A stretch of 63,307 nt of DNA, the filler included, from Octopus bimaculoides (Eukaryota): the NCBI RefSeq assembly GCF_001194135.2. It is 9 parts of 7 records of this genome, joined end to end, with 100 filler letters (N's around TTAATTAATTAA, not from the genome) between each part and the next. Parts side by side here need not be neighbours in the genome. Positions count along the whole stretch, not along the records: positions 30,925 to 47,162 come from NC_068983.1; positions 47,263 to 48,984 come from NC_068994.1; positions 49,085 to 51,789 come from NC_068986.1; positions 51,890 to 55,930 come from NC_068981.1; 5 more parts are not named here. One strand, written 5' to 3'. Shown one piece after another: positions 39,091 to 51,893 of this stretch. The stretch's first letter is position 1. The number at the start of each line of letters is the position of its first letter. Both the position numbers and the translations under genes were made by a program. The notes beneath the pieces were generated by a model that was not told the DNA's origin, did not search any database, and saw only the letters and a program-made list of their open reading frames with translations.

Positions 39091-39593
39091 AGCGTACACG
39101 CACAAACACACACACACACANNNNNNNNNNNNNNNNNNNNNNNNNNNNNNNNNNNNNNNNNNNNNNNNNNNNNNNNNNNNNNNNNNNNNNNNNNNNNNNN
39201 NNNNNNNNNNNNNNNNNNNNNNNNNNNNNNNNNNNNNNNNNNNNNNNNNNNNNNNNNNNNNNNNNNNNNNNNNNNNNNNNNNNNNNNNNNNNNNNNNNNN
39301 NNNNNNNNNNNNNNNNNNNNNNNNNNNNNNNNNNNNNNNNNNNNNNNNNNNNNNNNNNNNNNNNNNNNNNNNNNNNNNNNNNNNNNNNNNNNNNNNNNNN
39401 NNNNNNNNNNNNNNNNNNNNNNNNNNNNNNNNNNNNNNNNNNNNNNNNNNNNNNNNNNNNNNNNNNNNNNNNNNNNNNNNNNNNNNNNNNNNNNNNNNNN
39501 NNNNNNNNNNNNNNNNNNNNNNNNNNNNNNNNNNNNNNNNNNNNNNNNNNNNNNNNNNNNNNNNNNNNNNNNNNNNNNNNNNNNNNNNNNNNN

Positions 39594-39635
<42 letters not shown>

Positions 39636-39780
39636 ATGTCACTAAATGGGGCATGACATTTACATGTACATACTTGAGCTATATCCCGTAGTGGATTATT
39701 GTACGTGACTTTGCGTAGCTAGTCCAATGAGTTTTCTACCCAAACAGTTTAGCTAAGAAAATAATAATATGAAACCTCAC

Positions 39781-39979
39781 CTGTTCCAGGATATGTATAA
39801 AGCAAAACATCATCCGGTCTAAACTTCACCGTATTTAGTTTGGATAAAGCTGATGATGCCATTTCCAAGTAAAGTATATTATGGCCTTTATATTTATAAA
39901 CTGGCATGGCATTACCGTCTTTGCCGAAGAATTGTACAAAATTACTTTCGATCTCTTTTTTTATTTCTTCAGGATCCAT
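39781..39979 (-). CDS. Cytosolic sulfotransferase (Sulfotransfer_1)-like gene, first coding exon
   Basis: ATG at 39979 gives MDPEEIKKEIESNF...VKFRPDDVLLYTYPGT(G). The RPDDV..xTYP pattern precedes the SULT 5'-PSB loop. Donor ACAG|gtgagg at 39780, phase 1, 199 nt. Confidence 0.85.
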
Positions 39980-40464
39980 GATCGTTTCTTCATTCACTGA
40001 TGTTGACAACTTCGTTGTTATTGTCGTTGCTTCAAAGTTTTCAACGCATTAGTAAAATCTTTAAAAAATTATAATTTTCTATTGTCCCTGGTTAGCGAAA
40101 GCCACGGGTGTAAAATAAGTGTATGTTTGTTGGGCAGTTGTAATGTAACTTTTGATATGGTGATTGTGCAATAGATTAGTTGTTTAACGACTTCTTATCT
40201 ATGTACAATTTTTATCTGTGACCTTGTCGCTGTGCGTTGCTGGTTTGTAGCAGAGTTGACAGGTTTGATATGGTTTGATATGGTTTAAGCAGAGATTTCT
40301 ACTTGTCAATTAAGTCTTGAAAAAGATATATACACACATGCGAACACATACAAATAGATGAAAAAACGTACGCACGTACTCACATACATGTACAAACACT
40401 CACAGACATTCACACACACACACACACACATATACTCACACGCTCTCCTTTTCTCTCTCCCTCT

Positions 40465-40563
<99 letters not shown>

Positions 40564-40659
40564 CGCCCGCACACACATACACACACACAAGTGGCTAAGA
40601 CGATTTTAGCCTTGTCATTTGCGTGCGGAAGATTCAAAAATACAAAATCTGAAATGGTG

Positions 40660-40960
40660 TGATGTTTAACACCATAGTAGTGGCTAATAATGCTCACTCT
40701 GCTTTGAACAACAAAAGTACAGATGGATGGAATTTGTCCATAAATCCCCTTTTTGATATTGTTGTACGCTATGAGATGTTTTGGTTTTGTATTGATCTCT
40801 CATGAGTAAGTGAATGCATGTACCTTTAAGGCAAACTTGACCTCCCTTCTTCATCGTCCAGCTTTCAGCTTCATACTGAAGAAAGCTCTCTACAAATACT
40901 ATGAAGGGCAGCATAGATGACTTTGAAATGGTTGATATCCAGATGTCCTGATGCTTGTCT
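40660..40960 (-). mobile_element. RTE-clade LINE fragment
   Basis: VESFLQYEAESWTMKK...LKGTCIHLLMR resembles RTE VESxLLYGxExWTL..LDGxYxRLL. Confidence 0.65.
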
Positions 40961-41544
40961 CTTACATATCAATAAGTTTTCTTATTCTCAGAAGCATAAG
41001 ACAGAAGGTGCCTGTAGTCTTTTATTTGCGCGCCCTAGTTGGAACAAACTGGTAAGTTACTTTTGTCTTTGTATTTAAATAGTTGTTGTAACTCATTAAC
41101 TTCAGCAGGATATATGTTGTTTATGTCACATAGTGGGAAAACAGTGACACTGTCATCAGTTAGTTCAAGGGAGTAAAGTGTAAGTCAAAGAATAGGTTCC
41201 AACAGTTTGACATAGTGGACGTAGAAGTTCACGATATCGAGACCGTTGCTGGTCAAAGCTACGGAGTTTACCAGCAAATAATTCAGTATTAATCAGATAG
41301 ATATTGGACTGGTTGTGCATGCACATAGAATTCGCCTCTTTCAAAAAGAACCGGCATGGATTTTAAATTATTAACCAAGGGACCTATTTGACGTCCCTTT
41401 GAGCTCCAATGACTGTACTGATATATGCCAGGCTTCCATATACTAAAACTAAATTCCCTACCCGCAACATTAGTTTGTACCAACTCTGTGATAGACATAC
41501 AGTACATACTTTTAGAAAACAACACATCTGTATTTGTCAACATA

Positions 41545-41640
41545 GGGCTAAAAATTACAATTAGTACTAACCTGAGGTCGACTATCTTGATGCTTCTTTG
41601 AACCTACATTCACACACCTACAAAAATTTCCATAAACTCA
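41545..41640 (+). mobile_element. Penelope-like RT fragment
   Basis: LKITISTNL / VDYLDASLNLHSHTYKNFHK (frameshifted), homologous to NFLDVTLDIKNEAYRPYHKP in ORF 47850..48566. Confidence 0.5.
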
Positions 41641-41959
41641 TTGAGAGCCACGCCTTTTCTTCTAAAAGACTTATAGCTATCATCTGTATGAAAATTTCTA
41701 ATCTCTCGTCTTATATTTTCTCTGCGTGTCGTAAAAAGGCGACTAAAAGAGATTGAAGTAGGGCTTGCACTCAGACTTCGTAAAATCCTTACCAGCATCG
41801 ACTACACAAAACAGACCCATGGGCTGGAGTGATGTCGCCTGAGTGGTACAAAGGCGACATCCACCAGGAGCAGAGAATCACCAACAAATGATGGGAGCAG
41901 CGATGCGCTGTTACAGTGCTTTACCAGAAACTACTACTACTACTACAAAGAAGTATTCG

Positions 41960-44394
41960 ATAAGGTGGCACCCAACGACCAAAGGCTCATATAATACAAG
42001 CTTTGCCCCTGGAACAAGATGGGTAAGATGAGAAAGTTGTGCAAGTTCTGGTTTCACCGTATCAAAAACGCATAACTCGACTGGAGAAACAACTGTGTCG
42101 TTCTTCTTTCTATCCTAGGTTGGTCAAAGCTAATAGTTTCTCCGTACAGTTTGGAATAAATCGGCCATATAAGTTAATCAGGCCTATGAAATGACAGAGC
42201 TGTCGCAATGAACTTGGAGGTGGGCACTGCTAGATTGATTCTACTTTCGCATGAAGTGGACGGGTGCCATCACAGTATATGACGTGTCCCAGGAATTCTA
42301 AAGTGTGTGTGCCAAACACGCATCTTGCTGGCTTAACTTTGAATTTGTAGGACTGCGAACGCTGAAAAAGTTGAGCTAAATGTTGATGATAAAGTTCAAC
42401 AGTAGCACTGGCGATAAGCAGGTCATCCACATACGCGAACACAAAATCCATACCAAGGACGATTTCGTCAATAAAACGCTGGAATGTACATGCAGCATTG
42501 CGCAAGCCAAACGGTATAGACAAAAACTCGAAAGAACCAAAAGGAGTAGTTACAGCTGTTTTGGGGATATCTTCCGGATTCACTGGGATCTGGTGGTATG
42601 CGCGTACCAGATCTATCTTGGAAAAGATAATACATCCATGTAGAGCAGAGGAAAAGTCCTGAAGATGAGGTAGAGGATATCTGTCAGGGGTGGTGACAGC
42701 GTTGAGGCGTCTGTAGTCACCTGCAGGGCGAACATCAGCGTCACCTTTTCAAGCCATGTGCAAGGGAACCGCTCATGGGCTTGTAGATGTCCGAATCAGT
42801 CCGAGCTGCAGCATTTGTTCGAACTGAGCTCAAGCTGCTTTGATCTTGTCCGGTGCCAACCGACGCGGACGGGAAAAAAAACAGGAGGTCCCTTCGTGGA
42901 AATGAAGTGTCTCGTGGAGTGAACGGGCTCGGTAGGTCTAAAGGACAAGTTAGTGACCTCCGGAAAAGAAGCAAGCAATGCATGATACTGGTCTCCTGAG
43001 GCAGCAACGAAGAAAGAAGGACTCACAACAACAACAGAAGAATCCTTTGCAGGCGTTGACAGAGAGGTGATACTGTCGAAAAGCCGCTGCCTTCTTACAT
43101 CTATCAATAGTCAGTAGGGATGTAAAAAATCAGCACCCAGTATTGGATAAGGCAGATCAGCGATGACGAAGATCCATTTGAAATCTCTACGTAGGGATAA
43201 ATCCAAGGCTAACGATATTCGTCCGAAGGTCCGGATGGCAGAGTGGTTGACAACATACAAGGATATGCTGGAAAGATCAGGCTTGGCCGCAATAAAGCGT
43301 AAGGGCCAAATACTCACGCTGGCTCCAGTATCAACCATAAAAGACTTAGAGGAGATGATGTCTCTTACGAAGAATGCACGATACGGACCAGAACTGAACG
43401 CAGGGACCTCTGACGTACTCAGGGTTGTTGTATGACCTGAAGACTCAGCAGTAGAAAAGTCCTGGGCAGTTGAAGAAGAAGCGATAGCTACTACCCTGTC
43501 GCTCATGGAAGATCCTATGGAGAGTTCCAGTATCTTGTCCGCCGACGTAGCTATCTGGTCCATGGTACTGCTTTCCACTGTCGGGGCTAGAATCGATTGC
43601 ATATTGGACTGTAGCCTAGAAAAGAATAACTGTTTTACAAAGAAGCTTCCTTCCATGGAACCATCAGCCAACTCACAGGTACAACGCAAAAATTCCGTTG
43701 GGGACCTCTCACCGAAATGTTCGTCTTCCAGGAGCATACGGAATCGGCTTTCGGAAGATTTGGAATTTCGACGAAGAACTTCCGTCTTTGTAGATGTGTA
43801 GGAGGCATCAGGTGGAGTGTCCGTGATGAAGCCCTTTATAGAGAGTGCGAGCGCAGAAGAAATGCCACTAAGTATTATCTGAAGTTGTTGCTGGACCGAT
43901 CGAATGTTGTTCGCCTTCAAATAAGACTCGAGTTGAGCGAGCCACATGCGAGCATCGCTATGATAGTGGGGTGGTGCTGTGTGAAGGAACAAAATATGGA
44001 ACCCACGTGCAGGAAGAACACGAACCAATCAAAACCAGTACAGAAAATGTGGCGGAAAAGAAAGTTCCACAAGCGGTAGCGAAAAACAAGGATGCCGTCT
44101 TCCAGCGAGAACGTGAGACAAAGGCAAGGCTGAAAAGGAACGCGAAGTCGTACTTGAGAAAATAAAATACGTGTGATCTCCCCTGAGGAGAATTTCAAAC
44201 GACGAAGAAAGAATATCTGATGTCGACTTGAACTAGTGGACAGAAAACTTTAGAAGGTATGGCGACCATTCCTGTAGGAAGAGATGGAAAATAGTCGTGG
44301 TATTTAGTACAGGGTCGCAGTCAACGCAGTGAGTTCTCCAGACTCCAAAAATTTGGTAAGAATTCCTCGTGAAGAAAAATGTGCAGGGTCACTA
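41960..44394 (-). mobile_element. Ty3/Gypsy retrotransposon internal region (gag, protease, RT); RNase H and integrase missing
   Basis: Gag PPHY..DARMWLAQLESY...FGERSPTEFLR; protease FMVDTGAS, ILGADFL; [59 protein letters not shown]. In-frame TGA at 43111; PBS-like TAGTGACCC at 44394. Confidence 0.93.
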
Positions 44395-44395
44395 C

Positions 44396-45069
44396 TTTAG
44401 GGTTATGTGGTCATCACTCTAGTAGTAGGTCTCTTATCACTAATCATAGTGTGTAGTTGCCATTGTTACTAAATGTTAATACAATTACAAGGTTCGGAAT
44501 AACAAAGGTGTAATACTTAAAATTCACAAATAATTTAATGTAATCAAGAACAAGTACGAATTCACTAACAATATGCTTCGTGTGAAGCTGTACATGAATG
44601 TGTAAAGTTACATACAGTTTAGCCTTGTCGCGCTCTGTGTGGAAGGGAATGTAATAGAAAATGTACGAAAGAATTTCGTACCACAATTGGTTCGCTAGTA
44701 GCGTAAGAGTAATGCGTACACATGTCGTGTAGGATAAAAAAAAGACTTGCCACGCACGGTTGCTGCTGGAGGTCATTTCTTTGGCTTAGGCCACGCGTTG
44801 ACAAATTTAGCTGCTCTCCACAATAACGATGCATCCAGGTCGAAGTTCGGCGAAGAACAGGGAGGAACAAATCGCTCGTCCAATATACAACCTCAAAGAC
44901 TGATGGCTCCCACTGGCGAACGAAAAGCTTCCAGAACCTTCTATGACTCAGTGGTATTACTGAAAGGGACATAAATCCGCTATTCATGGAAGTTTTCTAG
45001 AATGTTTTCGAAGGCAGGTCACTGTGGGTGGATCTCTAACTTCGGTGAACAGTAAATAATATAATGACA
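44396..45069 (-). mobile_element. Possible 5' LTR of the minus-strand Gypsy element
   Basis: Lies directly upstream of the PBS-like motif; minus strand starts TGTCA at 45069. No second LTR copy available to confirm. Confidence 0.3.
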
Positions 45070-45375
45070 GAATCTGTTTCAATTTACATCACACCTTCAC
45101 GTTATAAAATACTGAGTTACCAATTAATGGCGAAACAAACATTCAATCCCAAATAACGCATTTCTCAGATTATTTTTTCCTGTCGGCGGATATTTATAAA
45201 CAGATCTGAAGAGCACCGAGAAAATGGGTCCTGCATGAACTAGTCCAGCGGGGCTAAACATCTTTCTCATAGCATGAAACTTAAAGTAATTTCTTGCAGA
45301 TAAGATAGTGTATATAAAATATTTTAGGAACTCCAAAATATGTATGTGCGTGCGCGCGTGTTTGTGTGGGTGTGT

Positions 45376-45456
<81 letters not shown>

Positions 45457-45604
45457 GGTAACTTAGGCTTACATACACAAAAGGAAGTATTCAATGCTTC
45501 AGATAATGGAGCGTGTTATATTCTTACTTTTAGTGAATAATTTATGGAACTAATCATTTTTCGATTCAATGAAAACATTTTCATAGCTAGTTGTGAAAAT
45601 ATTC

Positions 45605-46020
45605 ACAAGCGTGGCTGTACGGTAAGAAGCTTGCTTCTCAACCAAGTGGTTCGGGCTCAGTCCCACTGCGTGGAACCATGGGCAAGTGTTTTCTACTATA
45701 GTCTCAGATCAACGAAAGCCTTGTGATGGGATTTAGCAAACAGTAACTGAAAGAAGCCCGTCGTATATATGTGTGTGTGTATGCATGTATATATCTATGT
45801 GTGTGTGCCTTTGTGTCTGTGTTTGTCGCCCCATCACCGCTTGACAACCGGTAGTGGTATGTTTACGTCCCCTAACTTAGCGGTTCGGCAAAAAGAGATT
45901 GATAGCATAAGTACTAGGCTTCAAAGAATAATAAAGTTCTAGGGTCGATTTGTTTGTCTAAAACCCTTTAAGGCGGTGCCCCAGCATGGTCACAGTCAAA
46001 TAACTGAAACAAGTAAAAGA
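45605..46020 (+). mobile_element. SINE family A, near full length
   Basis: Head, (GT)-rich middle, CCCCAGCATGGTCACAGTCAAATAACTGAAACAAGTAAAAGAG end. Confidence 0.85.
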
Positions 46021-46237
46021 GTCGAAGCAATATTAACAATATTAAGTTTACCACTTAATAATGAATGTCTACATGCATACACATACTTGGAAGGAGGGTT
46101 ATCTACTTGAAGGAAAAGGACCTAAGGATAGATCATCGGTTTCGCAGCTCCAGTAATAATAAAAACCAAACAGAAATTACTGGAGCCCATTCTGTGCGCA
46201 TGCGTACATGTTCAGAATAAACTAGCTAGCTGGCAAT

Positions 46238-46950
46238 GTTTGGCATCCACCTCCATTCTCCAAAAATATAGATAGCACTCCTTTATATAAAAACATAGAT
46301 AGCACTACTCTCAGACACACTAAAAAAGCGCTGGACGCTCTATTCTGTGGTACACCCTCTTCTCACTTAACGTTAAGAACTTAGCTAAATCCTTCTTTAA
46401 AATACTAGACTCTAACTTCCCTCGGCAACATAAATATCATTCTATCTTTAATTGATCCACCCTGAAACTATCCTCTTCTGCCCCCATCCAACTTCAAATC
46501 TATTGTAGCAGCCTCTAATAAACAAAAGCTTCCTCTTTACTATCAAAACTCTAGTCATTACTCTATTACTATCAAAACTCTAGTAATTACAACTCTAGTC
46601 ATACGAACGCTCAACGCACATACAGCTCCAGCAATGATACCCTTACATTAGACCACAACTACAACCCAACCCATCCTACTGACACTGCTCGGAACACCAC
46701 CGCAATCTCTACCACTCATACAAATAATATAATTAATAACAATAATAGTAATAATAACAATGATGCTAATGATAACGTTAATAATACTAATAATTTAGAT
46801 CTTTCTACCCCCTTTCTCTAACCTCTCCTCTGACAATCTTACCTCCTCCATTCCTGATAACAATCCCCAAAATTCCTCCAATTGTAACTGCCGTATATTT
46901 TCACAATACCCCTTAGGTAATCCCAATAACCTTATAAATCTACATTTTAA
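46238..46950 (+). mobile_element. Penelope-like element fragment (RT-to-endonuclease linker)
   Basis: VWHPPPFSKN; WYTLFSLNVKNLAKSFFKILDSNFPRQHKYHSIFN*STLKLS; NCNCRIFSQYPL. Confidence 0.7.
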
Positions 46951-47380
46951 CTACTAATCCATGTCTAATTCCTCTTTCATGCTTAAATATCACAATCATT
47001 TAATTATATTTGTGTACACGTACGTACGTACCTATGTATGTATGTATGTATGTATGTATGTATGTATTCAAAGTATATGTACTTGCGTGTGCAGGGATGA
47101 TAATACATACAGATACACGTATATATGAGTGTGCGTATATACATATACATATGAGTACTTGTNNNNNNNNNNNNNNNNNNNNNNNNNNNNNNNNNNNNNN
47201 NNNNNNTTAATTAATTAANNNNNNNNNNNNNNNNNNNNNNNNNNNNNNNNNNNNNNNNNNNNATACAAATACAACTACTATTGGTAAATTATACATTGAT
47301 ATGGCCTGCCTTAATACCTAATATTATACTATAATATACTATAATATACTATAATACCCGATCATACTGCAATTTATAAC

Positions 47381-48566
47381 TCATTTAAACCAGAGAAACG
47401 TGTGTTTCGGATAATGGGTACATCTGAGAGCATTATGTGTTAGTTTATTTATCAACTTACCCTTAGAGAATAATATAAAATATAATTCTAGGTTACACAA
47501 CGAACAATATCTCCTACCTTTGTCATACGGGAAAGGTCTCCCAATGATTGACCATTCTAACGAATATTGCTTTTTTGTTTTTCCAGTTCCCAAATGAATT
47601 TACTAAGACTAGTACTTGCTATTTTACTTCTATCTCTAAAGGTACTATAATGATTAGATAATCTTTTCCAGGTTTGTCCCGAAGAACACCCCAGGTATCG
47701 GCTGACATTTGTCTGGGTCCTTACCTTACATTGATAAACTACATTTCTAGTTCTCGCATTAGGGCCTTCAAACTTCAATCTTCTGGAGTTAACCTCTGTT
47801 ACTGTAATCGTATTCCGATTATTATTACTATTATTGTTATTATTATCATTTAAATCAGGGTTTTCACATCACTATCCTCCCCAATTCCTTTTGATTTAAG
47901 TATTTTAAAATTATGAGCTGTAATTATTTGGGCTAAGTTCATAGTGTTTGAGAAACCAAACCTAATGCTATGTGTATTAATAATTTTACCATAGTGTGAA
48001 TTCTTTGGGAAATATATGCTTATCACCTCTCTAAACTGTGCAATCAAATTAGATTTAACATTTCTACCAAAGGGTACTATGAACCATATATTATCATCTT
48101 TAGTGTTATCACAGTCACTAGTATAATTCTTTAAAAATGTTAAATTACCTATGTTACGTTTATGAATATCTCTGGATTTATTTTCCTTATTTCCTTTTAG
48201 TTTATTCGTATACCTATTATTCTTATCTGTCTTAATGTTGTTACTATCAGGTTCAACATAGTAAACCTTCTCTTTGTATCCTGCCCTATTTAATACCGAA
48301 TTATAGAATTGAGCTTCATTATCAAAAATCTTATCATTAGCAGATAATTTAGAGAGTCTTAATGAAATATTTCTAACTAAATTATCGATAATTTTTCTAG
48401 GATGGTTACTCCACTTACTTATATATTTTAGATTAGTTAAAGGTTTATGATATGGTCTATATGCCTCATTTTTAATATCTAATGTCACGTCCAAGAAATT
48501 TGCTACGGAAATATCGTCTTCATAAATGATATTCATCCCCATTCTACGAATATATATGACGCACAT
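47381..48566 (-). mobile_element. Penelope-like element: RT thumb plus GIY-YIG endonuclease, 5'-truncated and frameshifted
   Basis: NFLDVTL...YHKP...SNHP...IWFIVPF...; NVVYQ...RYLG...KRLSNH...SLSKFIWELE; WSII...CSLCNLE...INK...RCTH. Confidence 0.9.
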
Positions 48567-49523
48567 GGTAATTCATGGGGAGAGATGATGAGCTGACGGG
48601 CCTATGTAGATTCGAAGGTGCTGGTAATATGCATAATTGCCTGCATTTTCAGACCTGCAAACTGATGACGGAAATGAAGGTTTTTACCATTCTAATCCAG
48701 AAACGCATCTATGATTAACTAAGACTGGTTAATTTCGTTGTTTTTTCTTCTTGTTTTGCCTTTGTGAGTTACAAGTACTGCTATCTGTTGGAGCTGGATC
48801 CGATGCAGAACGAATGGAATGTTTGTATCGCTTGGAGTTAGTTTGATTCTTGGAATCAGTACTCTCGTGTGAGAATGAGATCCACTTATAATTGACGCTT
48901 CGATGTTATGCTAAGTACTTCCAAGCGAGTTGCTGCTATTTCTGAACTTCGGTATGTGGTGAAGCAACTGTTGCTGATCCTTTANNNNNNNNNNNNNNNN
49001 NNNNNNNNNNNNNNNNNNNNNNNNNNNNTTAATTAATTAANNNNNNNNNNNNNNNNNNNNNNNNNNNNNNNNNNNNNNNNNNNNACCTGTCAAAGACTAT
49101 AAATTAAAACTGACCCCAAAAAACAGTGACAAGTTAGATCTGTAACAAGTCTTTCTTCCTGATACCTTAGTAGCTTCTAAGCTGAAGTGAAGACAGCATG
49201 TTCTTTGTCTATCTCCTTACTTTCTTGGAGGTTCTAGGTAAAATTATATTAATGTGTCCATCTGTTTTAATCTAATTTAATTCTATGTCTTTATGCAGCT
49301 GAGGATTGCTCTGCATTTAAATTGATGTAATGATTGCATTGTTCAAATAAATAGAGTTGCTTGAACCAATCGTACTGCATTACCTCTGGATATCCTTGTT
49401 GCTTATTTTGATTTTAATCACTTTATTTTGAAATTGTATGGATAATACCATACTAAATTCTGGTGTCTCAACATAAGTACCTAATTCATCTGAATCTAAA
49501 TGTTTGCAATATATATATATATA

Positions 49524-49949
49524 TTTAATGGTATATCACAACATATGTTTCTGCACCCCACACCAGTGTCAAGTTGCAATTTTCATATTCACATGACATT
49601 ATTTAAGATTACGCTTAATAATTATTTGAATATTTGGGTATCATTTTTAATGTTATTGTGGTTGCAATTATTATACTGAATTTTTGCTTTTGTTTCTGTT
49701 TCATTATTCATAAGTAACTCCCACCAATGGGATGGAATCTTTTGATTGATAGAGAGTACTGTACATATTTTAATTGATGAATTCTCTAAAAATTTTTGAA
49801 AATCTTTCTTAGACTCCACTCAGTGAAGTGACCACCCAGAACTGTTGTTAAAAAATATTCAAATAATTATTAAAAATGTTATATAAATATGAAAATTGTA
49901 ACTTAAAGCTGGTGTGGGGTGCAGAAATATGTTGTAATATATCATTAAA
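49524..49949. mobile_element. Long-TIR fold-back/MITE-like element
   Basis: Arms 49524-49635 and 49853-49949 share TTCTGCACCCCACACCAG etc.; ~215-bp spacer. Confidence 0.7.
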
Positions 49950-50125
49950 GACTGTCAAATTCCATCCCATTATTATTATTTCTATATTAATCCTAAGCAG
50001 AAAGGAGTTTCACATGCAAACCCACACCCTGGGTTACCTCAGGATATAATTAACATGTGGTAGCCGACTAGAGGCACAGGAGCTTTTAAATGTGTGCTAC
50101 AAGGCTTTTTGTCCAAAATAAACTA

Positions 50126-50157
<32 letters not shown>

Positions 50158-50875
50158 NNNNNNNNNNNNNNNNNNNNNNNNNNNNNNNNNNNNNNNNNNN
50201 NNNNNNNNNNNNNNNNNNNNNNNNNNNNNNNNNNNNNNNNNNNNNNNNNNNNNNNNNNNNNNNNNNNNNNNNNNNNNNNNNNNNNNNNNNNNNNNNNNNN
50301 NNNNNNNNNNNNNNNNNNNNNNNNNNNNNNNNNNNNNNNNNNNNNNNNNNNNNNNNNNNNNNNNNNNNNNNNNNNNNNNNNNNNNNNNNNNNNNNNNNNN
50401 NNNNNNNNNNNNNNNNNNNNNNNNNNNNNNNNNNNNNNNNNNNNNNNNNNNNNNNNNNNNNNNNNNNNNNNNNNNNNNNNNNNNNNNNNNNNNNNNNNNN
50501 NNNNNNNNNNNNNNNNNNNNNNNNNNNNNNNNNNNNNNNNNNNNNNNNNNNNNNNNNNNNNNNNNNNNNNNNNNNNNNNNNNNNNNNNNNNNNNNNNNNN
50601 NNNNNNNNNNNNNNNNNNNNNNNNNNNNNNNNNNNNNNNNNNNNNNNNNNNNNNNNNNNNNNNNNNNNNNNNNNNNNNNNNNNNNNNNNNNNNNNNNNNN
50701 NNNNNNNNNNNNNNNNNNNNNNNNNNNNNNNNNNNNNNNNNNNNNNNNNNNNNNNNNNNNNNNNNNNNNNNNNNNNNNNNNNNNNNNNNNNNNNNNNNNN
50801 NNNNNNNNNNNNNNNNNNNNNNNNNNNNNNNNNNNNNNNNNNNNNNNNNNNNNNNNNNNNNNNNNNNNNNNNNNN

Positions 50876-51124
50876 CAAACCCTGCTGTACTCTTTTGCCA
50901 CAACTTTCTCTCACTTTTTCTTCCTGTTTCTGTTGTACCTGTATTTCAAAGGGCCAGCCTTGTCACACTCTGTGTCACACTGAATCTCCCCGAGAAATAC
51001 ATTAAGGGTATACGTGTTTGTGGAGTACTCAGCTACTTGCACATTAATTTCATGAGCAGGCTGTTCCATTGATCAATTGATCAGATCAACTGGAACCCTT
51101 GTCGTCATAACCAATGGAGTGCCA
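50876..51124 (+). mobile_element. SINE family C, 3' half
   Basis: CCCTGCTGTACTCTTT...CAAAGGGCCAGCCTTGTCACAC matches 18380-18535. Confidence 0.85.
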
Positions 51125-51893
51125 TGATATATATGTGTGTGTGTGTGTGTGTGTATATATAAAAAATTAGTATAAACAGCTAGGTGCAATATAATATCGT
51201 AAAAGAAAAATTCAGTCATCACTAAATGTGACTAAGGATACCAAAACACCTACATTACTAGAAACAAGAGTAAAACACTTCTTGTGCTGTAGGATGAGTG
51301 CAAATGTATACACATACGCTGACAGGGGAAGAAACCAACCCATGACTGAATGGAGAATCTCTCAGACTAGACATCTAGTTTCATGTATTTCCATATATAT
51401 TTTGAGGTGACGATTGGCTTGTGTCAGCTAAATCCATCAGTCAGCATATATTTATTTACAATAGAAATCTATGGATGATTTAGCAGAATGCTAATGCATA
51501 TAGGCAGAATTCACAAAAAAAAAAAAGACGAAGACAGGTGGAGTAGACAACAAACAGATGTATTAGTTAAACGCTTGGGAAGTGACAAAGTCTTCAATGT
51601 TTCAAGCCTATTCTCTTCCACAGAAAGGAACACAGAAAGAAACAGGGAGAGGCTGACAAGACAAAGGAAATACCATTGTCCCCAACTGACCAGAGTACGG
51701 GTTCAAAACCCAGCCCGGGAGATAGGGATATGATGCTAATTGTATTTTCGGTGGTCGCATCAATATGTATATATATATATGTATATATANNNNNNNNNNN
51801 NNNNNNNNNNNNNNNNNNNNNNNNNNNNNNNNNTTAATTAATTAANNNNNNNNNNNNNNNNNNNNNNNNNNNNNNNNNNNNNNNNNNNNTAAC

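Noticed and set aside
41145-41165. Minus-strand CTGATGA followed by a CAGTG/CACTG hairpin (also CTGATGA at 19843 and 54330)
   Set aside because: No GAAA after the hairpin, so not a hammerhead core.
31470-44394. The two Gypsy fragments as halves of one element
   Set aside because: Opposite strands, about 9 kb apart, with host exons between them and no shared LTR sequence seen.
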